NCBI GenBank assembly: GCA_977017575.1
Contig: CDRNVI010000053.1
Span: forward strand, 186,001-250,000
Length of the DNA stretch: 64,000 bases
Direction: 5' to 3'
Source: Paramoeba atlantica
Lineage: Eukaryota; Protista; Discosea
Part shown: positions 36,689 to 49,366 of the stretch, piece by piece
How the letters are laid out: every line of letters begins with the position of its first letter
Numbering within the stretch: the stretch's first letter is position 1
Made by a program: the position numbers and the translations under genes
The notes under the pieces: generated by a model
Told to the model about the DNA's origin: nothing
Databases searched by the model: none
The model's input: only the letters and a program-made list of their open reading frames with translations

Positions 36689-36769
36689 CGAGGACGGCAG
36701 GATTCGAACCTGCGCGTGAGAACACACTTGATTTCGAGTCAAGCCTCTTAACCACTTGAGTACGCCCTC
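36689..36769 (-). tRNA. tRNA-Ser(CGA)
   Basis: CTTGA-CT-CGA-AA-TCAAG, long variable arm, GGTTCGAATCC. Confidence 0.95.
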
Positions 36770-36789
36770 TAATTGTGCGGTTGCGTGGC

Positions 36790-36861
36790 GATCCTGTGGC
36801 TCAAAGGTAGAGCGTCAGACTCCGGATCTGAAAGTTGCGGGTTCGAGTCCCGTCAGGATTA
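36790..36861 (+). tRNA. tRNA-Arg(CCG)
   Basis: TCAGA-CT-CCG-GA-TCTGA, GGTTCGAGTCC. Confidence 0.94.
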
Positions 36862-36923
36862 TTTCCGACTAACGTATACCAAAGACCAAGGGGCCCTAAC
36901 CTCATGCTCGTAGCTCCTTCAAC

Positions 36924-36995
36924 GATCGCTTGGTCTAGTGGCATGATTCTCGTTTTGGGTACGAGAGGTCACGGGTTCGATTCCCGTAGCGGTCC
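36924..36995 (+). tRNA. tRNA-Pro(TGG)
   Basis: CTCGT-TT-TGG-GT-ACGAG, T5 terminator. Confidence 0.94.
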
Positions 36996-37057
36996 TTTTT
37001 ACTCTCCGGCAAAACATTTTCCTCCATTTTCAGAGAATCTTCATCCCCACGGAGTGT

Positions 37058-37130
37058 GCCCGTCTAGCTCAGTCGGTAGAGCGCCAGACTCTTAATCTGG
37101 TGGTCGTGGGTTCGAGCCCCACGGTGGGTG
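37058..37130 (+). tRNA. tRNA-Lys(CTT)
   Basis: CCAGA-CT-CTT-AA-TCTGG, GGTTCGAGCCC. Confidence 0.95.
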
Positions 37131-37190
37131 TTTTCTCCCCTCGCCAGACCGTTCGCTCGGTGAGCGCAGAGCGAGAGGAAAAATGAGTAA

Positions 37191-37262
37191 GGTCTCATAG
37201 TGTAGTGGTGAGCACAGCGGACTTTGAATCCGCTAACCTGGGTTCGATTCCCAGTGAGACTG
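37191..37262 (+). tRNA. tRNA-Gln(TTG)
   Basis: GCGGA-CT-TTG-AA-TCCGC, GGTTCGATTCC. Confidence 0.93.
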
Positions 37263-37317
37263 ATTTAGCAATTCTTACCCATTCTAACAAGCAAAGTGAA
37301 TGTAAGACCCGAAGCAG

Positions 37318-37390
37318 TCCTCCGTGGCGCAGTAGGTAGCGCGTTAGACTGTTAATCTACAGGTCGTTGGTTCGAACCCAACCGGAGGAG
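37318..37390 (+). tRNA. tRNA-Asn(GTT)
   Basis: TCCTCCG/CGGAGGA acceptor, CT-GTT-AA loop, T4 terminator. Confidence 0.93.
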
Positions 37391-38249
37391 TTTTCACGAT
37401 GGCACAATAAGAAGTGAGGGGCTGCGCGTGACGCTAACCGCTGTCCCCCGCTAAATAGTGGGGAAGGTGGTAGTGGGGGGGTTGTTGTTTCTTGCACCCT
37501 TTTGGCCTTTACAGGCTATGGGCCCTCTACCGTCCACGCGAGGGGGCCCGACGGCTCCGATGCGTACGACCGGTCCTTGCGGACCGGCGGGCGAGCCAGC
37601 CGTAGCAAGCATAAGTATAGGAATATTGCATAGCCGTCTAATCATGTCACAAAATACTGTGAATTGGTTTAGTATAGGTTTAGTTTTTCGGTATCACACT
37701 TTCACGTGACTCAGTGGCCCGGCCGGCCCCTCCGTACGTTCGGCCTCTCATTTCCCCCACTCGCACCCTTATCTGTCATAAACGCGGCACCCTTATCTGT
37801 CATAGAAACTCGCACCCTTATCTGTCATAAATGCACCCTTATCTGTCATAATGCACCCTTATCTGTCATATAAGCCGCACCCTTATCTGTCATATAAGCC
37901 GCCCCCTTATCTGTCATATAAGCCGCACCCTTATCTGTCATAAACTGATTAAAAAAAAGTCGATCCCTTAAAAAAAATTTCAAGGCCTAAAAAGGATTTC
38001 AACCCCTAAAAAAAAAAGATCGACCCTTAAAAAAAACTCAACCCCTCCCAAAAATTTACAATTTTGCTACACAGTTAACGTAAAAAATAGCTAACCTCAA
38101 TTGTGGTCCCGGTGAGGCCCCGGAGTTGCGAGAGGCCTCCATACCCCACAACTACCACTTTCCCCCCCTATTTAGCGGGGGTCGCACGATTAGGGGTATC
38201 GAGGCCTCTCGCAACTCCGGGGCCTCACCGGGAGCAAAGGTGAATTTAT

Positions 38250-40325
38250 TCGGTACCTCGGCCGACCATCTTTACGTGCCATTTACGGTTCTGTTGTGCA
38301 GACGGGTAAACAAGATCTAGGTTTAGTTTTTGGGTGTCACACTTTCACGTGACTCAGTGGCCCGGCCGGCCCCTCCGTGCGTTCGGCCTCTCATTTCCCC
38401 CAAAACAACTACCACCTTCCCCCCATTTATCAGGGGTGCGCGTGCCCGCCCGCTAAATAGGGGGGAAGGTGGTAGTTGTGGGGTATGGAGGCCTCTCGAA
38501 ATCGGTGCCTAAAACTTTATGCATGTGAATGTGCTGTTCCGAAGTATAGGAATATTGCATAAGTATAGGAATATTGCATAAGTATAGGAATATTGCATAA
38601 GTATAGGAATATTGCATAAGTATAGGAATATTGCAGAGCCCCTCTAATATTTTTTTAACTTTTGAAAAATTTCTCCTGGCAAGATCCGACCTGTATTGGA
38701 TTTTACAAATCCTTTTCCTTGTAGATGAGATTCCAAAGTATATACGCACATCACATTTTCAAAAAATGGAAAAGTTGCATATAGGGGGTGACCCCGCCAA
38801 AGTAGCCAAAAACAGGTGAAAGTGGGCTTTTTTAAGCAAAATCCACGAAAAGTGGCCATTTTAGGGCATTTTAGAAGGGTCACCCCTAATATGTGAAGTC
38901 TTCATTCGAAGTAAAAGTAGTTCAAAGTGATAGATTAGGGTACGTTATAGCGTCCATATGTTCGGTATTCCATTTTCCCGGGGTTACAAGTCTATGAGGC
39001 ACGTAACAAATAAAAAAAATCGCATATTTTCGAGAAATATACCACCCCTGACTTTGTAAAAATTTGTTTCAAATTACAAAAAATAGGTGGTTTCCCGACA
39101 GTGTAATCGCAGATCTATACAACGGTTATAATTGTCTACCGAAATCAAGAAACTCATATTAAGGGGTGGGGGGTCAAAAATAGAGTTATGCAATATTCCT
39201 ATACTTATGCAATATTCCTATACTTATGCAATATTCCTATACTTTGACCAATTTATTGGGTACCTCGGCCAACCATCTTTACGTGCCTTTTACGGTTCTG
39301 TTGTGCAGACGGGTAAACAAGACCTAGGTTTAGTTTTTGGGTGTCACACTTTCACGTGACTCAGTGGCCCGGCCGGCCCCTCCGTGCGTTCGGCCTCTCA
39401 TATTCCCCAAAACAACTACCACCTTCCCCCCATTTATCAGGGGTCGCTCGCGCGACCCCCGCTAAATAGGGGGGGAAGGTGGTAGTTGTGGGGTATGGAG
39501 GCCTCTCGCAACTCCGGGGCCTCACCGGGAGCAGAGACGAGTGTTCACTATTTCTTGAAAACACCTTTAATTTCCAAATAATGCATCATCAATGTGCTGT
39601 ATGCATTATCAATGTGCTGTATGCAATATCAATGTGCTATATGCATTATCAATGTGCTATATGCATTATCAATGTGCAGTAACTATGCAATATCAATGTG
39701 CCGCTTAGTATGCACTATCAATGTGCTATATGCATTATCAATGTGCTATATGCATTATCAATGTGCTATATGCATTATCAATGTGCGGCACGTTATGCAT
39801 TATCAATGTGCAGTAACTATGCATTATCAATGTGCGAGTGGGCCCCTCTAATTTTTTTTTAACTTTTGAAAAATTTCTCCTGGCAAGATCCCACCTGTAT
39901 TGGATCTTACAAATCCTTTTCCTTGTAGATGAGACTCCAAAGTACATACGCAGATCACATTTTGTAAAAATGGAAAAGTTGCATATAGGGGGTGACCCCG
40001 CCAAAGTAGCCAAAAACAGGTGAAAATGTGCTTTTTTAAGCAAAATCCACGAAAAGTGGCCATTTTAGGGCATTTTCCCGGGGATACAAGTCTATGAGAC
40101 ACGTAACAAATAAAAAAAATCGTATATTTTCGAGAAATATACCACCCTTGACTTTGTAAAAATTTGTTTCAAATTACAAAAAATAGGTGGTTTCCCGACA
40201 GTGTAATCGCAGATCTATACAACGGTTATAATTGTCCACCGAAATCAAGAAACTCATATTAAGGGGTGGGGGGTGAAAAATAGAGTTATGCAATATTCCT
40301 ATACTTATGCAATATTCCTATACTT
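38250..40325. repeat. imperfect ~1.0-1.2 kb segmental tandem duplication of core + satellite + spacer units
   Basis: 38640-38880 matches 39843-40075; 38975-39240 matches 40075-40325; includes the 19-bp AAGTATAGGAATATTGCAT array at 38543-38635. Confidence 0.8.
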
Positions 40326-40630
40326 TGACCGGCGAGCGGGGGGCGCGCAGGGCGGAGAGCAGGTAGCGAACAGTTGTGGGGTATGGAGGCTATGAGCTTC
40401 CATAGCACCCCGCACCAACTTCTCGAAAAAGTTGAAATCCGTGCCTAAAATTTTATGCATGTGAATGTGCTATATGCATGTGAATGTGCCGGATTTATGC
40501 ATGTGAATGTGCGGCTTAATATGCATGTGAATGTGCATTACGCATGTGAATGTGCTATATGCATTTGAATGTGCCGCTTAGTATGTATTATAAACGTGCA
40601 GTTAATATGCATTATAAATGTGCTAACGCC

Positions 40631-40693
40631 GGCACGTTCGTTGAATGTTCAACGAACGGGCACTCAGTTCGTTGAAGATTCAACGAACGTGCC
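40631..40693. mobile_element. 63-bp double-hairpin mini-element with 15-bp perfect TIR
   Basis: GGCACGTTCGTTGAA...TTCAACGAACGTGCC; flanks CTAACGCC / CTAAAGCC. Confidence 0.55.
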
Positions 40694-42008
40694 CTAAAGC
40701 CCAGAGTTGCCTCACTGTTAAAAACCCTTCTATCGCTCATTGTCTTGGTCACTATTATTTATACTATTCTGAAAAAAGAGGCCCCCTTTTTTCTAATTCG
40801 CGATATTGTGCATCCATATTAACGCAGCTAGAATATATTTGCGTGATTTTTATACATTTTTGTACGTTCACATTTCGTAGATTTCGAGATTTTCGCACCT
40901 TTTTGCTATAAAACTTTATAGTGAGTATCTAACTCGCTTACTAAGGTTAATTCCGCGAGCCTAAAATGGGCATAAAACGAGCACAAAAACGATTCTTTTA
41001 AAATTTTAAAAACAGAGGTATGGCTCATCAATCAATCTCTGTAATGCTCCAAAAATGAAGAAAATCGAGTACAGTCAGCAATTTTTGAGAACCGTTTTAC
41101 CAAAATCGCGACTCGGAATGCGGCTCAGAGATGGACATTTCAAATCCGAAAAAAACGCGAGGATCGTTGATTATGTTCCCAAAATTGACAGACTACACGC
41201 TGTTTGAACGTACGGGGAATATTTTTGAGCTCCTAAACTACACTGCCGCCAAAAATTATTGAATTTTTAATTGGTGTCGAAACCGGACAACTTTTAATTT
41301 AAAATTCAATAACTTTTGTGCCAATAATTTTTGTAGAAATGTGTACATGCGCAAATCTTGGGCTGTGGGAAATTAAGCGCCCGTCGTAGTGTTTTCACGT
41401 TCTTATTGACTACCGTGGGTTGGCGGGTTGCTCGTCTCATGGCCTTCGTCAGGTAGGAGTGAAATGGTGCGAGGGTGCATTCCAACAGAGAATTTATCAT
41501 TGTACTCTTATTGGTAGATAAAAGCAATGCATGTATTAAAACAATGCAGCTAATGTTGCGTACAAAGGTGAATAACAAAAAAGAGCGCGCGTTAAAATAT
41601 TTCATTTTAATATCTAGTGCGGGGAAAAAGTGTAGACCGATAGAACAAAACATGGAAAAAACCCCACAAAATATCAGCATAAAATCTGAGTAAATGTTAT
41701 TGCGCACTTTCACAATTCAATACCATCAGAAAATTCAATACAATCAAAAATATTTTGGAGGTGCTCATCAAAGGGGGAGTCACAGCAACTAAACTTTAGG
41801 ACCGATTCCATACGATGAGAGAGGAGTAAACGTCAGACTCTGAGCGGATTTCACCTTCATCATCCAAGAAAATCGCACCACTAGACGTACTCATTTACTG
41901 TATGTAAATGAGTTCACACACTATCCAAATGAGTTTGCAAATGCTTGTAGGCATCGAGACGTGACGGTCGGTTTTTTTTGCTGCCAAATAACACCACTGG
42001 AATTTCGG

Positions 42009-42821
42009 TTATTTCCCAGGAGGCCATAATCTGAGCTTGGGGAAGTTCTTGCATAGCCTGCACAATGTACGACACTTTTTTCTCTCGGCAAAGTGTTCGC
42101 GATGTGCAAATAACGTTGGAGATGGCTGAATTGAGGTCGGAACGCGCAAAGATGCGGGATACATCATCGTTGTAGAGCTGAATTCGTCTGTGTTAAACAC
42201 AAGTTCTTTTTCACAACGATTTTTATAGCTTTCAAGCTGTGAAAAGAATGTTTTAGATGCCTCAACAACTTCATTCGGCGTAACAGTTCGATCGCTAGTA
42301 GCGTGGCGGACACGAATGTTATTTTGCTTCATCCAGTCCTTTGCCCATGATAGCGAAAACTTCAGAGGACCCCCCTTTAGGGATGTGGATTTCGGGGAAG
42401 ATTGCTCTTTGATACCGCGGGCCACACTAGCTACAAGAGCCGCGTACACTGGGACAGCTTGCTCCCTCATTTTGTCGAAAGCTTGAAGGACAAGTGAAGA
42501 TTCCTTTCCCGTAAGTAGGCCACGCCGGCCGCGACTACCGATGTTTTCTAGCGAGCGCATGCCCTTATATTGCGAAACGCAAGCAGCCGAAATTACTCGT
42601 CCAAATTGATCCAAAAATCTCTCCATAACTAGTGCATTTTTACATGCACCTCGAGTGTTGTCAAAAAGCCATTCGCGCTCGTCCGGCGCTAAATCTTTCG
42701 AGGACGGCTGACTTTTCTTCGTCTGATGGATCGAATTCGCTACCAAAAAATGCTGAGCAATGTCCTGGTTGACCATCTCGAGCGGTTGACAAAAAATAAA
42801 TAATAAATAAAACGCAGGCAA
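42009..42821 (-). pseudogene. pogo/Tigger-like transposase fragment (CENP-B-type HTH to first catalytic D)
   Basis: LKFSLSWAKDWMKQNNI, VFNTDE. Confidence 0.75.
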
Positions 42822-43543
42822 AAAACGACCATTTTTAATTAAAAATTCAATAATTTTTGTACCATGAATATTAGCGACAATAAAATTTGACTGGGGTGTA
42901 AGTTCCAGAACTATTTTTTGAAACGCACTTCACTCGCCGACGGCATAACAAATGAATGAAAAAAAGGTATGATTTTCTAGGCCTCGAAAAAATGGCCAGC
43001 TGGCCACCCCCTGAAATAATGGTGAGCTGACCACTTCCTGGAAAAATTGCCAGATGGCTGACCGAAAATACAGTTTGCATTTCATATACGTAAGATGAAT
43101 GGCGTCGTCCAAAACAATTCGCATGCTCGCCACCACCTGCATGAAAGGAGCCACTTTTTGGGGGGGTGGCCAGCTGGGCACTTTTTCTGGGTTAAAGTAA
43201 AGGACTTTTGCATAAGTCAAGGACTTTTGCATAAGTCAAGGACTTTGCAGAAGTCCTTTTTTGACCACCAACCGCTTAATATGCATTCGTTGATTCCGAA
43301 CGAGAGTTATCGCCAATTTACAGATCCATGATCACACTGCCTAAATACCTCCTATTTTGCGTGCTCGAACACAAAGTTCGACAGGACCAACGACCGGATA
43401 TTTCACAAAAAAAAATTGAATTTGATCAATCTTGGTTATAAATCTTGGTTGTAAATCTTGGTTATATTCAGGGTTATATTCATCTTGGTGTATTCAGGGG
43501 TCCCTAAAACTTTATATTATATAAAGTGTATATATAATATATA

Positions 43544-44157
43544 CAGTATCTCAAGAAACTGATCACACTTTCTCGCGTTGAACATTGTTGTAAAAAAACA
43601 TACACCCCGACGCCATTATGCTCCCCCCACCGTATTTTAGAGTTCCTATGACGGCTCGGGCACTAGGTGGTTCACCATGCCTCTTCCACACTCAGTGAAT
43701 AACATCAGATCCGAAACGGTTGCTTTTGGTTTCGTCGGAAAAATACACCTAAGACCACTCTTCCTTCCAATTCTTGTGGTCTAGGGCAAATTTCATACGC
43801 ATAGCACGGTGTCTATCGCTCAGGAAGGGTTTTCGCTGACGCTTCCGACCCTCCAGACCATCAGAGCGCAAGATATTACGAATGGTTTCTGGACAAACAT
43901 TGCTGATGCCTTCGCGGCAGAAACGATTCCGCACTGCCACAGCAGTCCTTTCCGCCCCGCTCTGAATTAGATGCTGAGAGCGCCTTATCGAGGTCTCAGA
44001 GAGGTTTCTAGGGCGACCTATACGACCTAGGCGACTAATATGGTATAGAAGGCTATATTACCACACCATAATATTAAGTAGAGCAATATGCTTTATAAAA
44101 CATTTTCTTACAACAATGTTCAACGCGAGAAAGTGTGATCAGTTTCTTGAGATAGTG
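43544..44157 (-). mobile_element. internally deleted Tc1-like element
   Basis: ~50-bp TIR CAGTATCTCAAGAAACTGATCACAC..., TA flanks; TIRNIL..G...RKPFLS..H...R.KFA and FSDE remnants. Confidence 0.88.
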
Positions 44158-47100
44158 TATAGTTTATAGTATTTCAAAAACAATTATAGTACTATAAATG
44201 CCATTTATAGTACTATAAATACTTCAAAGTGTTCGAAAAACTTTGTTTTTAAAGGAGGATGAAAGGGGTTCAAGAATAATCCCAGAATGGTAGTGGATGT
44301 TGTAAGGGGTGTTCATCTCGGGGGCCTGGCGTTCGGCTCGCAGTTCCGGGGTTGAAAAACCTTCTCTGAGATGGCAGTCTCAGAGGGGTGCCCCATTTTC
44401 CTTTTTTGACGCTGAGTAGACAGTGCGGGATTTGGGCAAAGTTACCCTTCTTTGTATAAGTTACCCTACGTTGTATAAGTTACCCTACGTTGTATAAGTT
44501 ACCATAAATTGTATATGTTAAATTTTGAATTTACATCCTTTATATGACATTGATGGAAAATGCAAATTCAGTGATATGATATCGAAATTGGTAATGTAAA
44601 CTATTCTTTGCTTGCCTTTCCCCTTTGCTATGATCCCATTATATGCACGTTCGACAGGGTATAAAATTGTCAGTTTTTGTCGAAAACACTTTAGAAAATG
44701 GGGGCGCACTTACGTTCCGCTCGTATATTCGGAATGAGGCACAATTACGAATAGCCAAGCCCTCAATATACATTCCCAGAGCTTTTTCTTTCGGAGAACT
44801 ACATTTCAGTATAAGGGGTGACCCCTTCAAAGTGGGCTAAAACAGGTAAAAATGATGCTTTTTGACAGAAAACGCCCATTTTGGGGCAAAAAATGCCATT
44901 TTCAGTGGGGTCCCCCTTATACATAAAATCCTCGTTTGTGAAAAAACTGGTACAGGAAGAGTCTTTGAAGCCTAGTCTCGCCCGTACATGAGACTTTGAG
45001 TCAAATAAGAACGTGGCTTAAAAAGGGTGCAACTTACGAAAAGTGTTTTTTTCCGGGCACTTTCAGGGGGGTGCAAGCTGTGAGAAAGAACCATAAATTG
45101 CATAAGTTACCATAAATTGCATAGGATGAGGCCACAAAACGATGACCTCTATAGCGGGTCACTCCATCACTCATGACACATAAATGTTTTGTATTTCATG
45201 CAGGGCAAAACATGCAGACCGAGCGCCTGACGTACGACGAGCGTTATCAACGGCCATTACAGCGCATTCAACGCCGGTCGTACGCAGGGATTCGGCCTAT
45301 GGCCACGCCGCGTGGTGGCACGCGCACCCTTATAACGTATAAAACTCGCACCCTTATAATGCATATTGTAACCTGATAACGCATAATGTACTCTTTATAT
45401 TATCTAGGCTCTTTGTTAAACGCGGTGGTTGTTTTCAACTTAGAAGTCACTCATGCTGCGCGCTTCGCGTTGAAAATTACCCCCGCGTTTAACAAAAAAA
45501 TTCGAAGCACAAAAATAAGAACAAGCGATTTTCATCTCATTTTAGAGAATCATTTTTTAGAGGATCTTAGAAGTCACTCATGCTGCGCGCTTCGCGTTCA
45601 AAACTACCACCGCGTTTAAAGAAGAGCCTAAAAAAGAAAATTCGGCCTGGACAGCTAAAGTAAAACAAAGATTATAGCCAAAAATAGCCGATTTTAGGGT
45701 AAAAATGGGGTGATTTTTGGGTATTTTTGCTCTCAGAGCGCGAAATCTGATATTTGCGTATGAGAAATAACTCGTAGGCGTGAATGAAAGCCTACTGAAC
45801 GTATTGGGTATAGAATGCGACTCCAACCACACCATTCTTTTAACATAAAAAGACCCCGTTGGGTCCGAAAATTACTTTTCCGCACTTTTTGGTCAAAAAT
45901 GGGCCACTTTGGGAGGCGTGCCACGGCTAGAAGATGGGGTATCTGGCGAAAACAACGGTGTAGATGGCTAGTATAGGTCCCAAAATCTTAAAATGCAACA
46001 GCGAAAAAAATAATGAAATTATTTTTTTTTAGGTCAGGGCTTTACTAGGGGTTGGGTGTGGTGGAAAAGTTGGGCTTCGAAAATTGCTTCCCACTAACGT
46101 CAGACTCAGTGGCCCGGCCGGCCCCTCCGTGTGTTCGGCCTCTCATATTCCCCAAAACAACTACCACCTCCTCCCCATTTACCAGGGGTCGCTCGCGCGA
46201 CCCCCTCTAAATAGGGGGGAAGGTAGTTGTGGGGTATGGAGGCCTCGCGCAACTCCGGGGCCTCACCGGGAGCAGGAATGAAATCCTAGCGCTCTTTAAC
46301 TTACTTCTCCTCTCCACTTCTTTTCTTTTTAACTTATTTCCCCCCTCCACTTTTTTTATGGGGTCGTTTTTTTTTCGGCAAATTGCTTCCCACTAACGAC
46401 ATACATTTTTGTCTTGCAGACAGGTAAACAAGGCTTTGCTAGGGGTTGGGTATGATGGAAAAGTTGGGCTTCGCAAATTGCTTCCCACTAACGTCAGACT
46501 CAGTGGCCCGGCCAGCTCCTCCGTGCGTTCGGCCTCTCATATTCCCCAAAACAACTACCACCTCCCCCCCATTTATCAGGGGTGCGCGTGCCCCCCCGCT
46601 AAATAGGGGGGGGGAGGTGGTAGTTGTGGGGTATGGAGGCCTCTCGCAACTCCGTGGCCTCACCGGGAGCAGGAATGAAATCCTAGCGCTCTTTAACGTA
46701 TTTCTCCTCTCCACTTTTTTTTCTTTTTAACTTATTTCCCCCCTCCACTTTTTTTTATGGGGTCGTTTTTTTTCGAGGGGGTGGGTCACTTTTTTTTAGG
46801 GGCTCGCAAAAAATGTGCATTATAAGGGTGCGAGTTTTATGTGTTATAAGGGTGCGAGTTTTTATGCATTATCAGTGGCACAATATGCATTATCAGTGGG
46901 ACAATATGCGTTATCAGGGTGCATTATGCATTATAAGGGTGCGAGTTTTATGCGTTATAAGGGTGTGAGTTTTATGCGTTATAAGGGTGTGAGTTTTATG
47001 CGTTATAAAGGTGCGAGTGGCGGTCCTCAAGGGAGGTCATGCAGCGCCTGGGGGGTAAAGGGGCACTGGACTTCCACTGTGGGGGGGCGTCGTTGAGAGG

Positions 47101-48415
47101 CTGCAAGAAGCCTTTCGGCTACACAGCGTCGTTGAGTGGAACACTGACTATACTGAGCATCACGTCATCTTCCCTCTTCCACATGACTGTGAATCGTATG
47201 CTGTGTGACTGTTCACGTGCCGCCACTCGCACATTGATAATGTTTAGTTAAGGAGCCCAATAAATTCACCTTTGCTCCCGGTGAGGCCCCGGAGTTGCGT
47301 GAAGGCCTCCATACCCCACAACTACCACCTTCCCCCCCTATTTAGCGGGGGTCGCGCGACTTATACAATTTATGGTAACTTATACAATTTGTGCTAACTT
47401 ATACAATTTATGGTAACTCATACAATTTATGGTAACTTTCTCCCGGGATTTTATTGCGGCACACGTTAATTACGGGACAACTCAATTACGGGACACTTAG
47501 CTAAGGGACACTTGGGCCTTGGGACTGAGTTTCGCTACCACTGCCTGTAACGAAGTGTGATGGATCGGGGTAGGCCGGCGTATTCTCCGCAAAGCAGTTT
47601 TACACGCCTAAGTGAGTGGTGTATAAAAATAACATAAACCACATATCCATTTAATATTCCCCCCCGGTATGTGTCAAGGTATGGGTATGTTATCAAGGTA
47701 TAGGTATGTAGAGTACCTAGTAGTAGTACCTAGTAGTAGACTGGTAATGAAATAGGAAAGAGAAGAAAATCAATTTCATTGTTAGAACCTGTATCTAAAG
47801 ATGTACCGCGTGCAGTAATAAATGCTAAAACGTATCAAACTACATCTAAAAACGCATAAAATTGTTACCGATATGTTTCATGGAGCCCCCTCGGCGTGGA
47901 TTTCATAAACGAAACATTTTGTTAAAAAAGTACGTGACATTATGATTGGATTTTTGTACCGTTGCAGAAAAAGGCCGTGGGACGAGGGGGGGGGTATGTT
48001 AAGTGTCGCAGGCCAGAATAACATACCCCCCCGGTATGTTGTCCAAGGTATAGGTATGTTAAACGGGTATGTGGTTTAAAATATAACAACAGAACCTGTA
48101 GCACAATCACTCACTACATTTTACAGATCATCTGACAGGTCAAGGCTAAGGGACACTTAATTACGTGACACTTTTGACCAAAAATGGGGTGTCCCTTAAT
48201 TAAGGTGCCCCGTAAAAAAGTTCTGCACTGTATTTCGCAACCACTACTTATAATTTAGGTTGTGACTTTTTTCAAGTGCGTGAGGGCCGAGGAGTAGGAG
48301 ACTCGAATTTTCGCAAAAAAAGGGTTTCTTCGCGCCTACTTCGCAGACCTGGCATTCGAAGTTATGCGCTTCGTCGCTTATTTTGGCATTTCTGAGAAAA
48401 AAAAAGTTTTATATA

Positions 48416-49189
48416 CAGGGGGGGCCACGAAAACTGACTAGCTTCGCATTTTAGCCTCGTGAGGCCGTTTGAGCTAATTTTTGTTGCAAACGAGAGATCT
48501 CGTTCTGAATATCGTGTCTACGCTATTTAGAACTCGTTTGTATAAACCTGATATTTTGCATTTCGAAAATACTGAAATTTAAGAACAATGAAGAAGCGAA
48601 ATGGGTTTTTTAACTGGATGCATCGGCGGCCGGGGGCTGCTGTTGTCCTTGACAATGCGCCAGGGCACGGGGCAGCCCGGAGAATAGGTAAGCTGGAAGG
48701 AATTAAAATTATTGACTGGCCTTCGAAATCTCCTGATCTCAATTTGATTGAGAATTTGTGGAGTATGATGGATAAGTACATCCACACCCATCTTCGTCCG
48801 AAAAATCGAACGGAATTGCAAGCTGCTATTCCTAAGGCGAAGGACTACTTGTTGGCAGAGTGTCACGAGGCGTATGTGAACACGTTACAGAATCTTCCCA
48901 CACGCCTCGATACTCTACGTGAGCGTGGAGGTGGGAATACTGGATATTAAGACTTAGTTTCTACCGCGAAAGGCCAAAAATTACTATTTTGCGCCCTTTT
49001 TTCAATTTGCAAAATCTCAAAAATTTCAGTTTTTCGACCCATGGGAAAGGCTTGCTTTCATCAGTTTTTGTATTCTAAATAGCGTAGACACGATATTCAG
49101 AACGAGATCTCTCGTTTGCAACAAAAATTAGCTCAAACGGCCTCACGGGGCTAAAATACGAAGCTAGTCAGTTTTCGTGCCCCCCCCTG
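48416..49189 (+). mobile_element. internally deleted Tc1-like element with ~117-bp TIRs
   Basis: TA|CAGGGGGGGCCACGAAAACTGACTAGCTTCG...CCCCCCCTG|TA; DNAPGH and WPSKSPDLNLIENLW. Confidence 0.9.
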
Positions 49190-49366
49190 TATATTGGGGG
49201 AAAGTAAAGCACTTCTGCACAATGTAAAGCACTTCTGCACAATGTAAAGCACTTCTGCACACCAAGTCCCTCATTGGCCCGGCCGGCCCCTTCGTGCGTT
49301 CCGCCTCTCATCTCCCCCTAAACAACTACCCCCCTATTTAGTGGGGGTCGCTCACGCGCGCGGGTC

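Noticed and set aside
5677-47440. CRISPR-like arrays
   Set aside because: The arrays are head-to-tail satellites without unique spacers; no cas genes
47635-48078. Putative MITE with 14-bp TIR (TAAACCACATATCC)
   Set aside because: The TIR is short and AT-rich and the TSD is inexact; not enough to call
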